A stretch of DNA of 64,000 nucleotides from Vicugna vicugna (Eukaryota). Below, piece after piece: positions 50,401 to 63,420 of this stretch. The DNA lies in contig MU058781.1 in the NCBI GenBank assembly GCA_013265495.1, positions 3,163,050-3,227,049 on the forward strand, given 5' to 3'. Every line of letters starts with the position of its first letter. The stretch's first letter is position 1. The notes beneath the pieces were generated by a model. The model searched no databases. It saw only the letters and a program-made list of their open reading frames with translations, and was not told the DNA's origin. The position numbers and the translations under genes are program-made.

Positions 50401-52287
50401 ACCAACGGCTTCAATCCAATGTGTGAACAGAATGAGCCCTTGGTTTAGACAACAAATAAGACCCAAAAGCACAATATAATATATTCATGTTATAATATAG
50501 AAGTTCAGACAAAGGAAAGGGACCATCTCAGATAGTGATTTATTATTTTATTTATGGCATGCATGTATTTGCATGTGAATGCATAGATGAGGGTAACTCT
50601 GTATGTGTGTGTGTTGGGTTTGGAGGTAGTTTGTTAAAGGAGCAGTAATCTGGAGGAAGAGTATCTTTCTTGGGGCTGAAAAAGATCTTAGGACCCTGTC
50701 TTTCTCATTTTATTTCCCTCTAACCACAGGGTTCCTGCAAAGCCCCAGGGACGAACTCTGTTCTGTGTTGGGCCCTGCACTCATGCTGGTTGCAGCCTAT
50801 GTGAAATCAGTAGGCTCCTGAAAAGTCTGTTAGACTTGTGCTGTGAGTGGGGAGGTCACCCCATTGCTGAAATATGTCTCCTTATTTTGCCTGAGAAGAG
50901 ATTATTCCTGGACCCTAATGTCCTCACAACCTGCTCAAGCTCCCCGTTCACTGAGAGCCTTTGATCAAGGCCACTGTCTTGTGGTTTCAGACTAAGCATC
51001 ATAGAAAACAAGATAAGAGACAGTCTTGTTGCTCCTTTTAAAACTTTGCATATTTCCAACAACAACAACAAAAACAGTGTTGACTTAGTGCCAAAACAAA
51101 ACAAAGCAAAAAACCCCATCCAAACCCCTTTGTGCCTTTAAGATTTGAGGAAGAATCTCATCTTTCTCCTTCAAAGTAGTCTGAAAGAATTTTCCACAGC
51201 CAGACTCTCTTTATTCAGAATTAAAATAATGATCCAGAGCCACTGTACCACCTAGCAACTTACATTTATAGTGTATCATTATCATTGTAATATTAATTGA
51301 TTAATCTAGCCCAAGGCACTCAAGTGTCTGCACACAAAATTAGAATGTAATTGCAACAATAGAGAGATCAAATGAGATAATTAAAACATTAAAGATGACA
51401 AATGCTAACTCAGAAAGTCTTGGGTATGCATTGAAATGTGTGCTACTTATTTATAAAGCATTGTTTGGAGATTCCTAAGGAGAGAGTTCAAGGCAGAATG
51501 AATTCTGTGATCTGCTTACACGAAGATAGCGAATAAACGTACTCACACGAGGACTGATTGCAGTCCAATTGCAGGTCCAAGCTTACCTTCCACAGAGCGT
51601 TGTTTAGATGCATCTTTTTAGAAGTTGTAATGCTGAGCTGACGTTAATACCATTTTCAGGTTTCTCCTAAAGCTACACACTTGCAGAAACAGCAGAGCAG
51701 GAAGACAAGATGGGCAAATGGAAGCGAGTCAAGAATTAACTCCTTTGAGGCTTAGATACGTGACTTCCATTTAGAGGATTAAAAAGAAGGAAAAAAGACA
51801 GTCTGAGCAGGTCTCGAGTTACCCAAACCAGAACCTGTTGGCTGGCTTCCAGGGCCCCTGGAGGGCAGGGTGACTTCTTACACTGGACTCAATTTTTAGC
51901 CAATTTCTCTCCGTATTGACTATCAAAGAAAGAGTCTAGGGATGGATCACATCAAGGTCTACGTGTTCATAACTTTCTAAAACTTCAGATCTTTACTCTT
52001 CATCATTTTAACAACAGTCTCAGGCCTCGATCTTATTTTTTCAAATGTCATATTCAGCCTGTGCAGTCCTTTGCTGTTACAGAGCCAGGAATGATGCAAG
52101 ATTAGGACCTCACTGATCTGACCGATTTCAGGTCTTCCTTCTGCCCAGCTGTCTCTGGGGGTTAGCCCAGCTGCACCAATCACAGGGGAACCAGGGACCT
52201 ATGCACTCTACCAGCATCAACAGTGCCGTGACGACAGGGCCAGCACCGCTACCACCATCCCCAAGGAAGGTTCTTGGAGATAATGCA

Positions 52288-52570
52288 GTCATTCATTTAT
52301 TCAGCACTCAACACACACTCATGGAGTGACTTTTATTTCAGTGAACCAAACAGACAAACTCCCTGGTCTCAGGGAGATTATGTTCCAGTGGAGGGAGACA
52401 GAGTAAAGAAATAAACAGGGAAATGTATATAACGTAGTGTCAGGTGGTGATAAGAGTCAAGAAGGAGAATAAATCAGAGGAAGGGTCTGAAGAGTGACTG
52501 GGGAAAGGGTGCTATTTTAGAGTGTGGTCAGGAAAAAGCTCCCAGACAGGGTGACAAGCAGAGATCTGAA
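52288..52570 (-). mobile_element. L2 3' end
   Basis: tcattcatttattcagc...cagtgaaccaaacagacaaactccctgg...ccagtggagggagacag. Confidence 0.8.
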
Positions 52571-52864
52571 AAATCTGCATAAATGAGTCTTTATTAATAT
52601 GCCTTAAATAGACTAATGAATTCAAATCTTATGGGAATGAGATGCAAAAGATAAAACAATCCTTTCTCTGTGGTTCTGGGAAAATAAGAACTAGTTTGTG
52701 TTAAGTGCCTTACAAGGATTAACCCGTTTCGTCCTCGCGGCGACTTCAGGAGGTAAAAATTATTATTATCCTCCTTCTGCTGATGAGGTTAGTAACTCAC
52801 CAAGGATTACATAGTTAGTGGATAGGGAGACTAGGTTTCAACTCCAGGCCCCCTGAGGTTTTGT

Positions 52865-53362
52865 GAGGAATTTTATTTTTTGAAACATCTGTAACAAACT
52901 GTAAGGGATATGCAATAAACCACACATTTGAAGTGTGCAATTTGAGAATTCTTAGCATATGTATATGCTCATGAAACCATCACCACAGTCAAGATAATGA
53001 ACTTACATTCACTCTCCAAAGTTTCCTGGTGCCTCCTTTTAATTCCCCATCCTTCCCTCTCCTCATTCCCATTTCCAAGCAACCACTGACCTGCTTTGCG
53101 TTTTCTACAATTTTATGTAAATGGAATTATACAGTATGAACTCTTTTCTGTTTGGTTTCTTTCACTCAGCATAATTAGTCTGGGATTCATCCATGTCATT
53201 GCGGGGATCAACAGTTCATTTTTCTTGCTGAGTGGTATTCCATTGTAGTGGATATACCACAGTTTATTTCTCCATTCACCTGTTAGCAGACATTGGGCTA
53301 TTAATAGCCAGTCTGGGGCTATTACAAACTAAACTGCTATGAACATTCATGTACAAATCTTT
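52865..53362 (-). mobile_element. L1MB-like 3' end inserted in a MIR (about 52700-53395)
   Basis: gaaaccatcaccacagtcaagataatgaac...aaccactgacctgc...ctgctatgaacattcatgtacaaatcttt; MIR-like sequence on both sides. Confidence 0.85.
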
Positions 53363-53569
53363 GACTTAGACTCACTTAACCATTATATAATACAACTTCT
53401 CAAAAGTTAAAAATAGGATGCATAGAAGCTACATTGTGTGGCAAAATCACACTTGAACCAGAATCAAGACTTCTAGATTCCAAAAGCTGTGATCCCTTCC
53501 TAGTCCAAGGGTGATGAGTAACCACTGAAAAATATAGATGCAAAGCCTTTAATTCAGATGTCGCTTGAT

Positions 53570-53745
53570 TTCTCCATCAGGAGAGATTGCCATCGATAAC
53601 CTAGTGCAGAAATCCCTGGTTTGCGGTCTCTCTCCCGCATTTACTACCTGTGTGACTGCCAATAAGTCACTTGTCCTCTCCAGAACTCTTTCCTCATCAG
53701 TCAAACTCCCAACCAAGTCTAAGGCTGACTCATGGGGCATACTAG
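53570..53745 (+). mobile_element. MIR SINE
   Basis: catttactacctgtgtgactgccaataagtcactt...tttcctcatcagtcaaa. Confidence 0.65.
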
Positions 53746-56304
53746 TTAGAGGAAAGCAGTAGATTATCCCAGGGGTTGTACATTCATGCCACTCCGCTGC
53801 TTTTCATTGCTGTGCCTTCCTGCTCACCAGGATCCCAGCATCCCAGCGCTGCATACAGTCTGAAAAAGCAAGTGAGAAAACCAAGGCCCAGGGAGTGAGG
53901 GGGTGACCGCAGTGACCCCTAGTCACTGGCAGAAGCTTTCCTGACATCACATCATCCAGACCATTTTCTCCTACACGAAACTGCTACTTGTTGATTGTTC
54001 TAGTTTTATATCAAGCCAATGTGCTGTATTAAATGGGTGCGGGTCTTTTTTTTTTCCAGTTTACAATGAATTAGGGTGGCAGTCATCTGTCTCAGTATGT
54101 TTACTATACAATCTGTGATCAAACCGCAGATGCTTAAGTCCTCAGGACACAGAGTAACACCTCACTAGCTAGGTAAATGCTGCAAGAAACACTTCTGCAG
54201 GATAGAAGCTGTAATAAGAGAGACAAATAAATGATTCATTTCCCCTCTTCTGTTTGTTTAAGTTATAATTACCCAAACTTTAAAAATAAAACAGCCTTAC
54301 TGTCCCTGGTGCACAACAGCAAAGCACACGCTGTTGCATCAGCTCAAATCACACGTTTCACAACTGCTGTTTTAGGTTTAGACTAATTAAGGAATGATTC
54401 TTGGTACATGTATTCATACTGTGATTAAATAACTCGCAGGGTAGGATGGAATTGTTAAGGCTTTGTTAAACCATCTTTCATCTTTCGATGTTAAAAGATG
54501 AATTTGTCATACAGAACGTGGTTGTAAGAGGTTAGCGTTTTAGCTCACAGAAGCCTCCATATATTTGTTCTAGAGTGACTCTTCTTTAGAACAACTTAAA
54601 TAACAGAGGAATAGCTGAAAGAGTTTCTATTTAGGATGGTGAAATGTTCAGTGGAGATAAAATTGCTTTATAGTTGGCTGACCAGGACTCAGTTTAGGGT
54701 TCATAATACACTTCAAACGTTGAATGGGAGGAGACATGAGTTCTCAGAGCTTTGTTGGTTGGAGACAGTGTGCTGCCAAGAAGGAACTGAGATGCCCACT
54801 TCCAACCTCCCCGTGTCACGCCCTGCAGCCAGCCTGTCCCGGCTTTGCCATGAAGGAGGCAAACAGGTTGGTCATGTTTCTGTCGATTGTCATGTTAATG
54901 CATCTCTAAATGCAATGCTCATTTATGCCATCCAGGTTTCTGAGCCTCTCAGGAATAGATTAATTCCAACGTTTTAATATGCTTGCCCCTGAGCATGCAT
55001 CATTTAGAGAGAGACACTTGCTGTTTTATAATTGCCAGTCGTGGGACAAAAAAATTGGGAGAAACTGACATGATTCTTACTACCTTCAGCCAAGATACTG
55101 GTGGCTTCAAAAAGTCTATTTAGATGGCCTGGGGAATTTCAGTACGGTTTAAGGCAGCAGCTGGTTGCAGGCATGGTCTCGAGGAGGTGTTTGCCTGGCA
55201 AGCGTAGAATTTTCACGTGGATGTTGGGTTTACTGGGCTCCCTATGGTGCCAGTTGCACGTGAGCAACGTTTGCTGATGAGATTCACGGCCGAGGCCATT
55301 CGCCCACACCAGTTCACCTACAGAAAATCCTTGGGCCCCAGTACATTGGGACAAACCTTCAGCTGGTGAAAGGCCAAACCAGACCAGCAGAAATGTCCCT
55401 TTGGGAGCATCCCTAGAGGGGCAGCACATCCATGACAAGTACAGGATGGTTAGCCAGCCTCCTTCCGGTATGGTGTCCATCGCGTGGCCCATGGCATGCG
55501 GTTCTCTTGATGACCATTTGTTATGCCATAGATGTCCCCTGACAAGTAAAGGCAGGATCTTCCTTGCAGTTACAACTGTGAGCAGAAGCAAGTGGAAAGC
55601 CAGGGCACAGGAGGACTGACTGGAAGGGAAGTGGAGCTAAGCAGTCTCGTCACCCAGCACGTCTCTCCAGGACTCTGGAGAGCTCGCGGCCGGACCTGCT
55701 GTTGCTCTCTCACCATTTCTGGTCTCTCCACTTGAATCTGACTCTCATCTAAAGTGGGTGGGAGCTAAAAATTCTTCAAGTGTAACCCTGGGATTCTGGG
55801 AAGCTGCAGAGTTGTGAATTATGTCAGGACAGGTGAGCCAACAGCAGACAGAAGTCAGGGTCACAGAATTATGAGAACCCGGGGCACATGATAAGCCAAG
55901 AACAGGCATGTAAGCAGAGGTTTATACAATCTGATGTTTGTAGAGCTGAAGGTATGCACTGGTATAGGAACTTACATGATGTAGACTGAAATATTAGTAT
56001 GTAGGGCTTGCAATCAAAATACCTTAGGTGGACTTGAATTAATAAAAATAAATCTTCTAATGCAGCCAGAGAGTTTTAGATATTCCCTTTTCGAGAAGCT
56101 CCTCCCAAAGGTATGAGCGACTTCGAGCAGGCAACACCAGATTCATACACTCACTTACTCTGCAGACCTCACCCACAAAGTGACTCAATGACAAGCCCCC
56201 ATGAGGGGATCTTTGCTTATGTTTGTGGACATCGGGCTTCCAATGACAAATCCCATCTCTTGCTCACCCTTCAGGAAAGAAAATATTCTAACACACAAGT
56301 AGCA

Positions 56305-56536
56305 GAAAAGAGAGCGAAGGAAGGAAGAAAGGGAAGAAGGAAGGGAGGAAAGAAGGAAGGGAGGAAGGGAGGGAGAAAGAAAAAAGAGGAATGAAAGAAA
56401 TAGAGAAGGAGGGAGGGAGGAAGGAAGAGGAAGGAAGGAAGAAAGAAAGGAAGGAAGGAGAGAGAGAAAAGAGAGGACAGAAAAAAGAAAGGAAGAAAGG
56501 AAGAGAAAGAGAAAAAGGAAGGAAGAAGAAAAGAAA
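56305..56536. repeat. (GGAA)/(GA)-rich polypurine repeat
   Basis: visible directly; almost pyrimidine-free. Confidence 0.95.
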
Positions 56537-57094
56537 CTCAAAACCTTCAAAATGACTCAAGTTGTTTCCCATTAAACATGTTACTTATTCAGATATGATT
56601 AAGTGCCTTTTGTGTGCCCAGCACTGTGCTGCTTACACACTACAAGGATACCGAGAAGCACTGATACAATCCAAGCTCACACTTTTTGAGCATTGATTAG
56701 CCAACTGATATACTAAATCCTTTATAGATGCTTCCCTATTTAAAGTAATCACAACCTATACTGTAGTTACAGCTGTTCCCACACTTCCAGATGACAAAAC
56801 TCTTAGAGTTTGAGTCATACAGTGATACATACCATGCCTGGTGCTGAAATGCACATAATCCAACTCCAAAGCCCAAGTGCTTGGCAGCAAAGCTTGACTG
56901 AAGAAAGTAGCTTGTAGGTTAACAAAGAGATGAATTACCCACAAAAATCTTCCCGACCTGTCGTGATATACGTACGCATATCCCAGTGTCCTATAGTGTT
57001 TCCATCAGCGCATTTCAGCAGGTGTAAATTTTCCCTACCAGCCACACTCAACCTTTGTAGAATCCTAGTAATATTCATTTAAAAAAAACTATTA

Positions 57095-57697
57095 TGTGTT
57101 CCTCAATAAGTTACACATGGAAATTTCATATGACTTAGCAATTCTATTCCAAAGTAGATACCCTAAAGAATGGAAAATAAGTGTTCAAACAAAAACTTGT
57201 ACAGGAATGTTCAGAGCAGCATTACTCACAATAGCCAAATGGTGGAAGCACTCCAGATATCCACCAACTGATGAATGGATTAAAAAAACATAGTATATCC
57301 ACACAATGGAATATTATTCACCCATGAAAGGAATAAAATACTAATATATGCTATAACATGGATGAACCTTGAGGACATTATGCTGAGGGAAAGAAGCCAG
57401 ATACAAAGGGCTGCATAGTGTATGATTCTGTTGATATGAAATGTCCAGAATAGAGAAATCCACAAAGGCAGGAAGTAAATTAGTGGTTGCCAGGGACTAG
57501 GGGGAAAGAGGAACGGGGAGTGTCTGCTTATTGGGCACAGGGTTTCCTTTTTGGTTTATTAAAATATTACTGAACTAGATAGTGGTGATAGTTGCACAAC
57601 ATTGTGAATGTGCTAAATTGCACTGCATTATACACCTTAAAATGGTTAAAATGGTGAATGTTATGTCATGTGTATTTGACCTCAGTTTTTAAAAAAA
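57095..57697 (+). mobile_element. L1MB-like 3' end (ORF2 C-terminal remnant plus 3' UTR)
   Basis: ORF 57096-57293 contains KTCTGMFRAALLTIAKWWK...DEWIKK; 3' UTR gtggtgatagttgcacaacattgtgaatgtgctaaa. Confidence 0.9.
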
Positions 57698-58929
57698 GTA
57701 TTATGGGTCTGGGGTAAGATGTTCCATGAGACATTTTTTAGGGGTTCATGAATGTACAAGACACATTCTCTATCTCTGAAGGATTTAAAAATGCAATGTC
57801 TGATGAAATTAAAAGGTCTTTCCTGCTCTGCCATGACCGTGAAGGTGTCTTTGCTTCAATGACAAATGGTGTAAACAGCAAATAATTGCTCCATTGGTGG
57901 TTGAACTGACACCTGTCAGTATGTGATGACTTACAGAGGTTGTAAAATATTTGGGAGTTCATAAGAGCTGATTGGCACGTGTACATTTCTCTTCTATTTG
58001 AGATTATATTCAGGAACTCACGATACTCTAAATCTGTAGTCCTACTTTGCATCTAGCCTTTGAATTTTCTTACTTTTTCTGGAAAAATAGAAAAATGACG
58101 GATAAAAGATGATGGTTCTCCACATTTAGATCCTAGGTCATTCTATGGATTGTTAACTTTGCCAAATGGCATGTGGGATTAATTCGAAACCATTGCAATG
58201 TTCTCACTACATTGCACCATTTCCTTTCGTTAATTAAGAGACATTACCCTCTGTTCTACAGATGACAAAAGGGACAGCTCTTCTTTTATTACCAGACAGC
58301 ATCCCCAGAAAGAAAGGCAAGAATTACAGTGTGTCTGGGAATTAAGGTAGCCAGAGAGAGCAGAAATCCCAGTTTAGTGGCTACAGAAAGAGGGGCTGAG
58401 TCCAACGTCTGGGCTCTTAGGTAACACTCAGTGCTAAGCATCTAGTTAGTCTGCCCAATTACAGTTTTACCTCTCTGTTTGCTCGATGACAAAAGCCAGC
58501 TTGCCTGAGAATGGAAAACATATTAAAGAGGATTAAACAGCAGTGGAGTTAATTAAGAAAATCACCTCACCGTTCACAGTTACATATCTATAGTTAATTT
58601 TTTAATTAGAAAATAAATTGGAAATAAAATTAATAACACAATGTCTACAAACATCAACTTAAAGAAGTTAACTGAAAATAACTCCTTTATTCTGAATGTA
58701 TTAAAAGTGTTGGAGGTGTGTGTGTGTGTGTAGCTTCAACAGACCCTATCTGTCTCCCTAAAATAACAGTGCAATAAGATTACTATAAGTGAAATAGCAA
58801 TTCAACAAGCATTTATGAAACATGTGCTTTTTAAGCCAGGTAGAGTAGGAAGACGGGAAGATTCTGGGAGTGGAGATTAAAGGGGTATTAAAGACTTCGT
58901 GGTGACCTTTGAGTTGATATTTCTTCTAG

Positions 58930-59420
58930 TTCCTCAGTCCTCCCCACGTTCTCTCTGTTTCAGGACCTTCACACAAGCAGACTCTGCCTACATCACTCTT
59001 TCCCTTTCTGCCCCCAACTTCCGTCTGTCTTCAGGCCCCCGTATGAAGCCACTTCCTATAGGAAGCCGTCCCTAGCCATTCCCCCAGACTGATTAAGTCC
59101 TATTACTAAGCACTGCCACAGCTCTCTATTTCCCCTCTGATAGCTCTTCGCGTGTTTTGTGGTTGTTGCATGTTTAATTATCTGCCCTTTGGGCAAAACT
59201 ATAAGCTGCGTAACAGAAGAAACCATGGGGAAAAAACACACAGAAAAACGGAATATTTACTTTTGAATGAGTGATGAGTTGAGTTAATGACTTGGAGGAA
59301 AATCAAAATCAAAAGCAGTGAGACTGTTCATGTTTGTAGGTCCAGAGCCTGGAACATAGACATCTGTAATAGCTGTTTGTTGAATGACCGAATGAATATG
59401 CAGATGAATAGGTGAATGAA
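58930..59420 (+). mobile_element. L2 fragments
   Basis: tcaggaccttcacacaagc...cttcctataggaagccgtccct; tail gtttgttgaatgaccgaatgaa. Confidence 0.6.
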
Positions 59421-60189
59421 CAATGATACTATAATGCTGTTTCTAATCTTTTTGAACCTCAATTTTCTCCTCTGTTGGCTCATTGTAGGTATTTGATGAG
59501 CCCTTCTACATCACTAAAGAAAAAGTTGAGCTGAGTGGTCCAACGGATGTAGGAATGGATGGTTCTGCATCCTTAGTCAAAACAGATTTCTTGCTGCAGA
59601 GTATTTGGCCTTTAGTACGCAATGATGACTAAGACAGTTAGGAACACTGAGGGCAATGAGACGGCTGATTGTGGGTGAGCTGTCTGTAGCAGCTAAGACT
59701 GATTGGATGTTTTGAAACAATCCCTCATGATTGTGACATTAGCATGAAGGCTGAGAAATGCGGTTATACATATTATGAGTTGAAGGGAGTGGGTCTAAAG
59801 AGAAGGAATTATGATAAGAGAAAGAGGGCATATTCCAGCCGTATAAGCTCTAAAGACCTTAGTAGCAAAATCCATTATAATGAGTGGAGTAGAGTTGGTG
59901 GTGGTGATGATGACGATGACAAACAGTGTCTAAAATGTGTGTCTGTTCTGTGCCCATCATGATGCTGAGTACCTAACATGAACCACCTCGTTTACCCTAA
60001 CAGTAATCCTGAGACCTCGGCGTTATTTCTGTCGCTTTTTTAGACATGCAGACTTGTTAAGGGTCACAAGCTGAAGTAATGGGGTCAATTTGAACTCTGG
60101 TTCTCCTCAGTTCCAGGGTCTGATCTTTGAATCCTATGTTATTGTGCTCTCAGAGAGTGTAAGGGAAGCCATGCTTCTCTTCCTGATGG

Positions 60190-60670
60190 GTTCAGTTGTG
60201 TGTTCCTTGTCTCTATCTCGCTGACCTGGATCAGCTCAGGAAGGGCTGGGTGAGTGATTCTGGTTTCAGTCTCTCCAGAGCTTGCAAACAGAAAATGTCT
60301 GGGGGTGGGAGTCGGGGCGGGGGTGGGGTGGCATCTGGGAACTCTCTCTACGGTCTCTCCACATGGGCCAGGTTGGACTTCCTCTTAGCATGGGTGGCCC
60401 CAGTGCAGTCAACTGCTTACCTGCCAGCAGAAGGCTTCAAGAGCAAGCATCCAACTAACCAGGTGGAAGCTGCATCCCCTTTTAGGACCTAGCCTCTGTA
60501 GCCCCGAAGAATTATTTCTACCACACAGGCTACAAGCATGTTCCAAGCCCACCCAGATTCAGAGGGAGAGGAATTAGATGCCACCACGCGACAGGGGAGG
60601 AGCAAGGTTCTAGAAGAGTATGTGGGGTCGGAGATACAGTGGTGTCCATCTTTGGAACATACAAGCTGCA
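60190..60670 (-). mobile_element. MLT1G/H-like MaLR LTR
   Basis: gtctctccacatggg...cttcctcttagcatgg...ggtggaagctgcat...gacctagcctc...gcccacccagattcagagggagaggaattagatgccac. Confidence 0.7.
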
Positions 60671-61625
60671 GTGTGGACGTTGGGGGCCGGGGATGAGGAG
60701 CATGAGAGGGAAGATACATACCTGTGATATTTACCCTTTGCTGGGGATCTCATTTAACTTCCACCAAAGAACTTTATAAAAGGGACATTGCAATCTCTTT
60801 ACATTTTAGACATGAAAAATGGAGGCTCTGCCTACCTGGTCAGGGTCATTTTGCACCCGCTCTGCACCAGGCCCATGACAGATGCTTTACAAACACCCCC
60901 TCAGACTCCCCCCACCTCAGTTTATTACTATTAGGCTCTCATACGGGAAGAAACAGAGGCTAATTAACTTGCCCCCAGTGAGCAGGTGGCAGGACTAGAA
61001 TTCAATCCTTCTGCCGCATTTTCTGCCTTTTGAAACCTCATTCATTTGCCCCATTATTGGGCCACTATGTATCTCATCTCTCCTCTTGTGTCTTTCTTGG
61101 AGCTTAGTCTTTCTGGACACAGTTCATCCCATAAATTCCACATGGTGCTCTGGAGAGAATTAAAGGAAGCAATGAAGTTGCCTATCCCTCTGGGAACCTG
61201 CCTTTTTCTCTTGTTCTCCCAAAGTAGAGCTGTCACATGGACACTGTGCTGAGCTGGCCAAAAAGCAATTTGAAAGATCGCTTCTGAGATTGGCAGTCGC
61301 ATTGACTTGGCAGGGAGTGAAGTATTAACTGCTCTCATATAGGTTATGCCCGAGGCCTCAGATCTTCTTCCTGTCAGGCTCTGCCTTCCTTCTGGGAAGC
61401 TCTGTGTGAAGCAGCCCCCTTTGCTCTGAACAAGAATCCTTTGACCTCATACCTCGCTTGTTTTTCGTATTGCAAGCCTTCCGAGAGAGCAGAAACAGGC
61501 TGGTCTAAGTTTAGCAACCTGGGGAGCTTAATGTGGCTTTGGCAAGAAGATCTCGATACAAAGAGTCTTAGTTAGTTGGCCAAGAATAGCAAGGGACAAA
61601 ATAAACTCATTTTAAAAATAATAAA

Positions 61626-61735
61626 TGGAAAGGGAGAGAAAAAGAGAAGATGAAGGGAAGAAGAAGGGAAATAAGGAAGGGAGGGATGGAAAAAAAGAAG
61701 AAAAGGAGGGAAGACAGGAAGGAAGGAAGGCAGAG
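61626..61735. repeat. purine-rich low-complexity tract
   Basis: visible directly. Confidence 0.85.
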
Positions 61736-61929
61736 GTTATGGAAGTCAATAAATTCATCGTTGTAATATGTGCCAATAGCAAATTGAGTAGAAAGAAGAT
61801 GTGGTGAAACAGTAGAAGAGTGCACACTGGCACCGCCGTTGTTTGAGCTCCCCAAGCCCATCTCTGATGCTTTATTATTATGAAACATCTAACAGTATGT
61901 AATACTAAGAATAAACATTTTCCATCAAT

Positions 61930-62080
61930 TGACACTGTCACTCTGTGTCAGAGGGATTATAGACATGATCTCGTGAACACCCAGAATAACCCACTATATC
62001 CTCCAGCCCTGTTTACAGATGAGGAAACTGAGGCTCATGGGGGCAAGTACTTTGCCAGCAGAGATAGCCCTGCTCTGGGC
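61930..62080 (-). mobile_element. MIR SINE
   Basis: tttacagatgaggaaactgaggctca core. Confidence 0.85.
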
Positions 62081-62572
62081 AGTGCATTGTAAATCTATTA
62101 GGTAGTGATCAAGCGCTGGTCCCCAAGGGCACAGAGAGCACTGCCAGGATTCAGTCAAAGGACGAGTTAAATTTTCCCAGCTCAGTCACCCTTTTAGCCT
62201 AGAGCCAGGCCTCTTAACATGACCCTTCCTCCAAGTCTGAGTCTGTCCCAGGCTCCAGAGTCTCCAGAAACTGCCTCAGTAAGAGTTTTTGCTGTTGTTG
62301 TTGACACTAAGGCTATTATGCTGTTTCTGTGGGTGGAAATATGTACTTATTATCTGAAGCATTAAGTGTGTTTTTCCTTCATTTCATTTAAACAAGAATT
62401 TATTAGTCCTTGAGTACAGGCACTGCCATTTATTTAGTGCTGGTGTGGAAACAAAGTAGAGAAAGCAATTAATAAACTGAAGCGACTGACAACCTAGCAG
62501 GAAAACAACTTGTACATCATGTCAGAGGCCAATCCCTGGGCACCCACGGGCAAGCCATTCTCTGGTCCTTCC

Positions 62573-63420
62573 TTTTTTAAAAAATAGGCTACTTTTTAGA
62601 GCAATTTTAGGCTCAGAGCAAAATTGAGCAGAAAGTACAGAGAGTTCCCATATATCCTCCACCCCTAGGCCTGCACTGACCTCCGCCTGGTCAGCATCAG
62701 GCACCAGAGGGCTACATGTGTTACAGCTGATGGATCTACATCCACAGTTACCGCAACTGCACTGACACATCTTCACCACCCAAAGTCCCTGGTTTGCATA
62801 AGGTGTCACTGTTGGTGCTGTACATTCTATGGGTTGGGACAAATGTATAATGACAAGCATCCACCATTATAGTCTCATACAGAGTAGTCTCACTGCCCTA
62901 AAAATCTCTCTGTGCTCCACATATTCATCCCTCTTGTCCCCCCAACCCCTGGTACCTCCTGATCTTTTTACTGCCATCATAGTTTTGCCTTTCTCAGAAT
63001 GTCATAGAGTTGGAATTGTGCAGTATGGAACCTTTTCAGATTGACTTCTTTCACTTAGTAGTAGACATGCAAGGTTCCTCCATGTCTTTTCATGGCTTCA
63101 TAACTCATTCTTTTCAGCACGGAATAATATTCCACTGCCTGGATGCACCAGTTTATTTATTCATTCACCTCCTGAAGGACATCTTGTTTGCTTTCAGATT
63201 TTGGCAGTTGTGAATAAAGTTACTCTAAACATCCAGGTGCAGGTTTTTATGTGGATGTACATCTTCAGTCCACTTAGGTAAGTGCCAAGGAGTGCAGTTG
63301 CTGGATTGTTAGGCAAGAGTATGTTTAGTTTTGTAAGAAACCACCAGACTCTTCCAAAGTGGTGGTGCCATTTTGCATTCCCCCGAGCAATGAAAGAGAG
63401 TTTCTCACCAGCATTTGGGC
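62573..63420 (-). mobile_element. L1MC1/2-like 3' end
   Basis: tttttagagcaattttagg...gcaaaattgagcagaaagtacagagagttcccatata; ORF 63194-63433 carries ORF2p-like IKTCTWMF...LFTTAK. Confidence 0.85.

Noticed and set aside
55408..55428. CTCF-like ccctagaggggcagcac
   Set aside because: An extra G breaks the core register; similar near-matches around 1058, 19690, 41050 and 60980 miss key positions.
56113..56572. Overlapping low-complexity ORFs
   Set aside because: Derived from the polypurine repeat; the same applies to 61607-61941.
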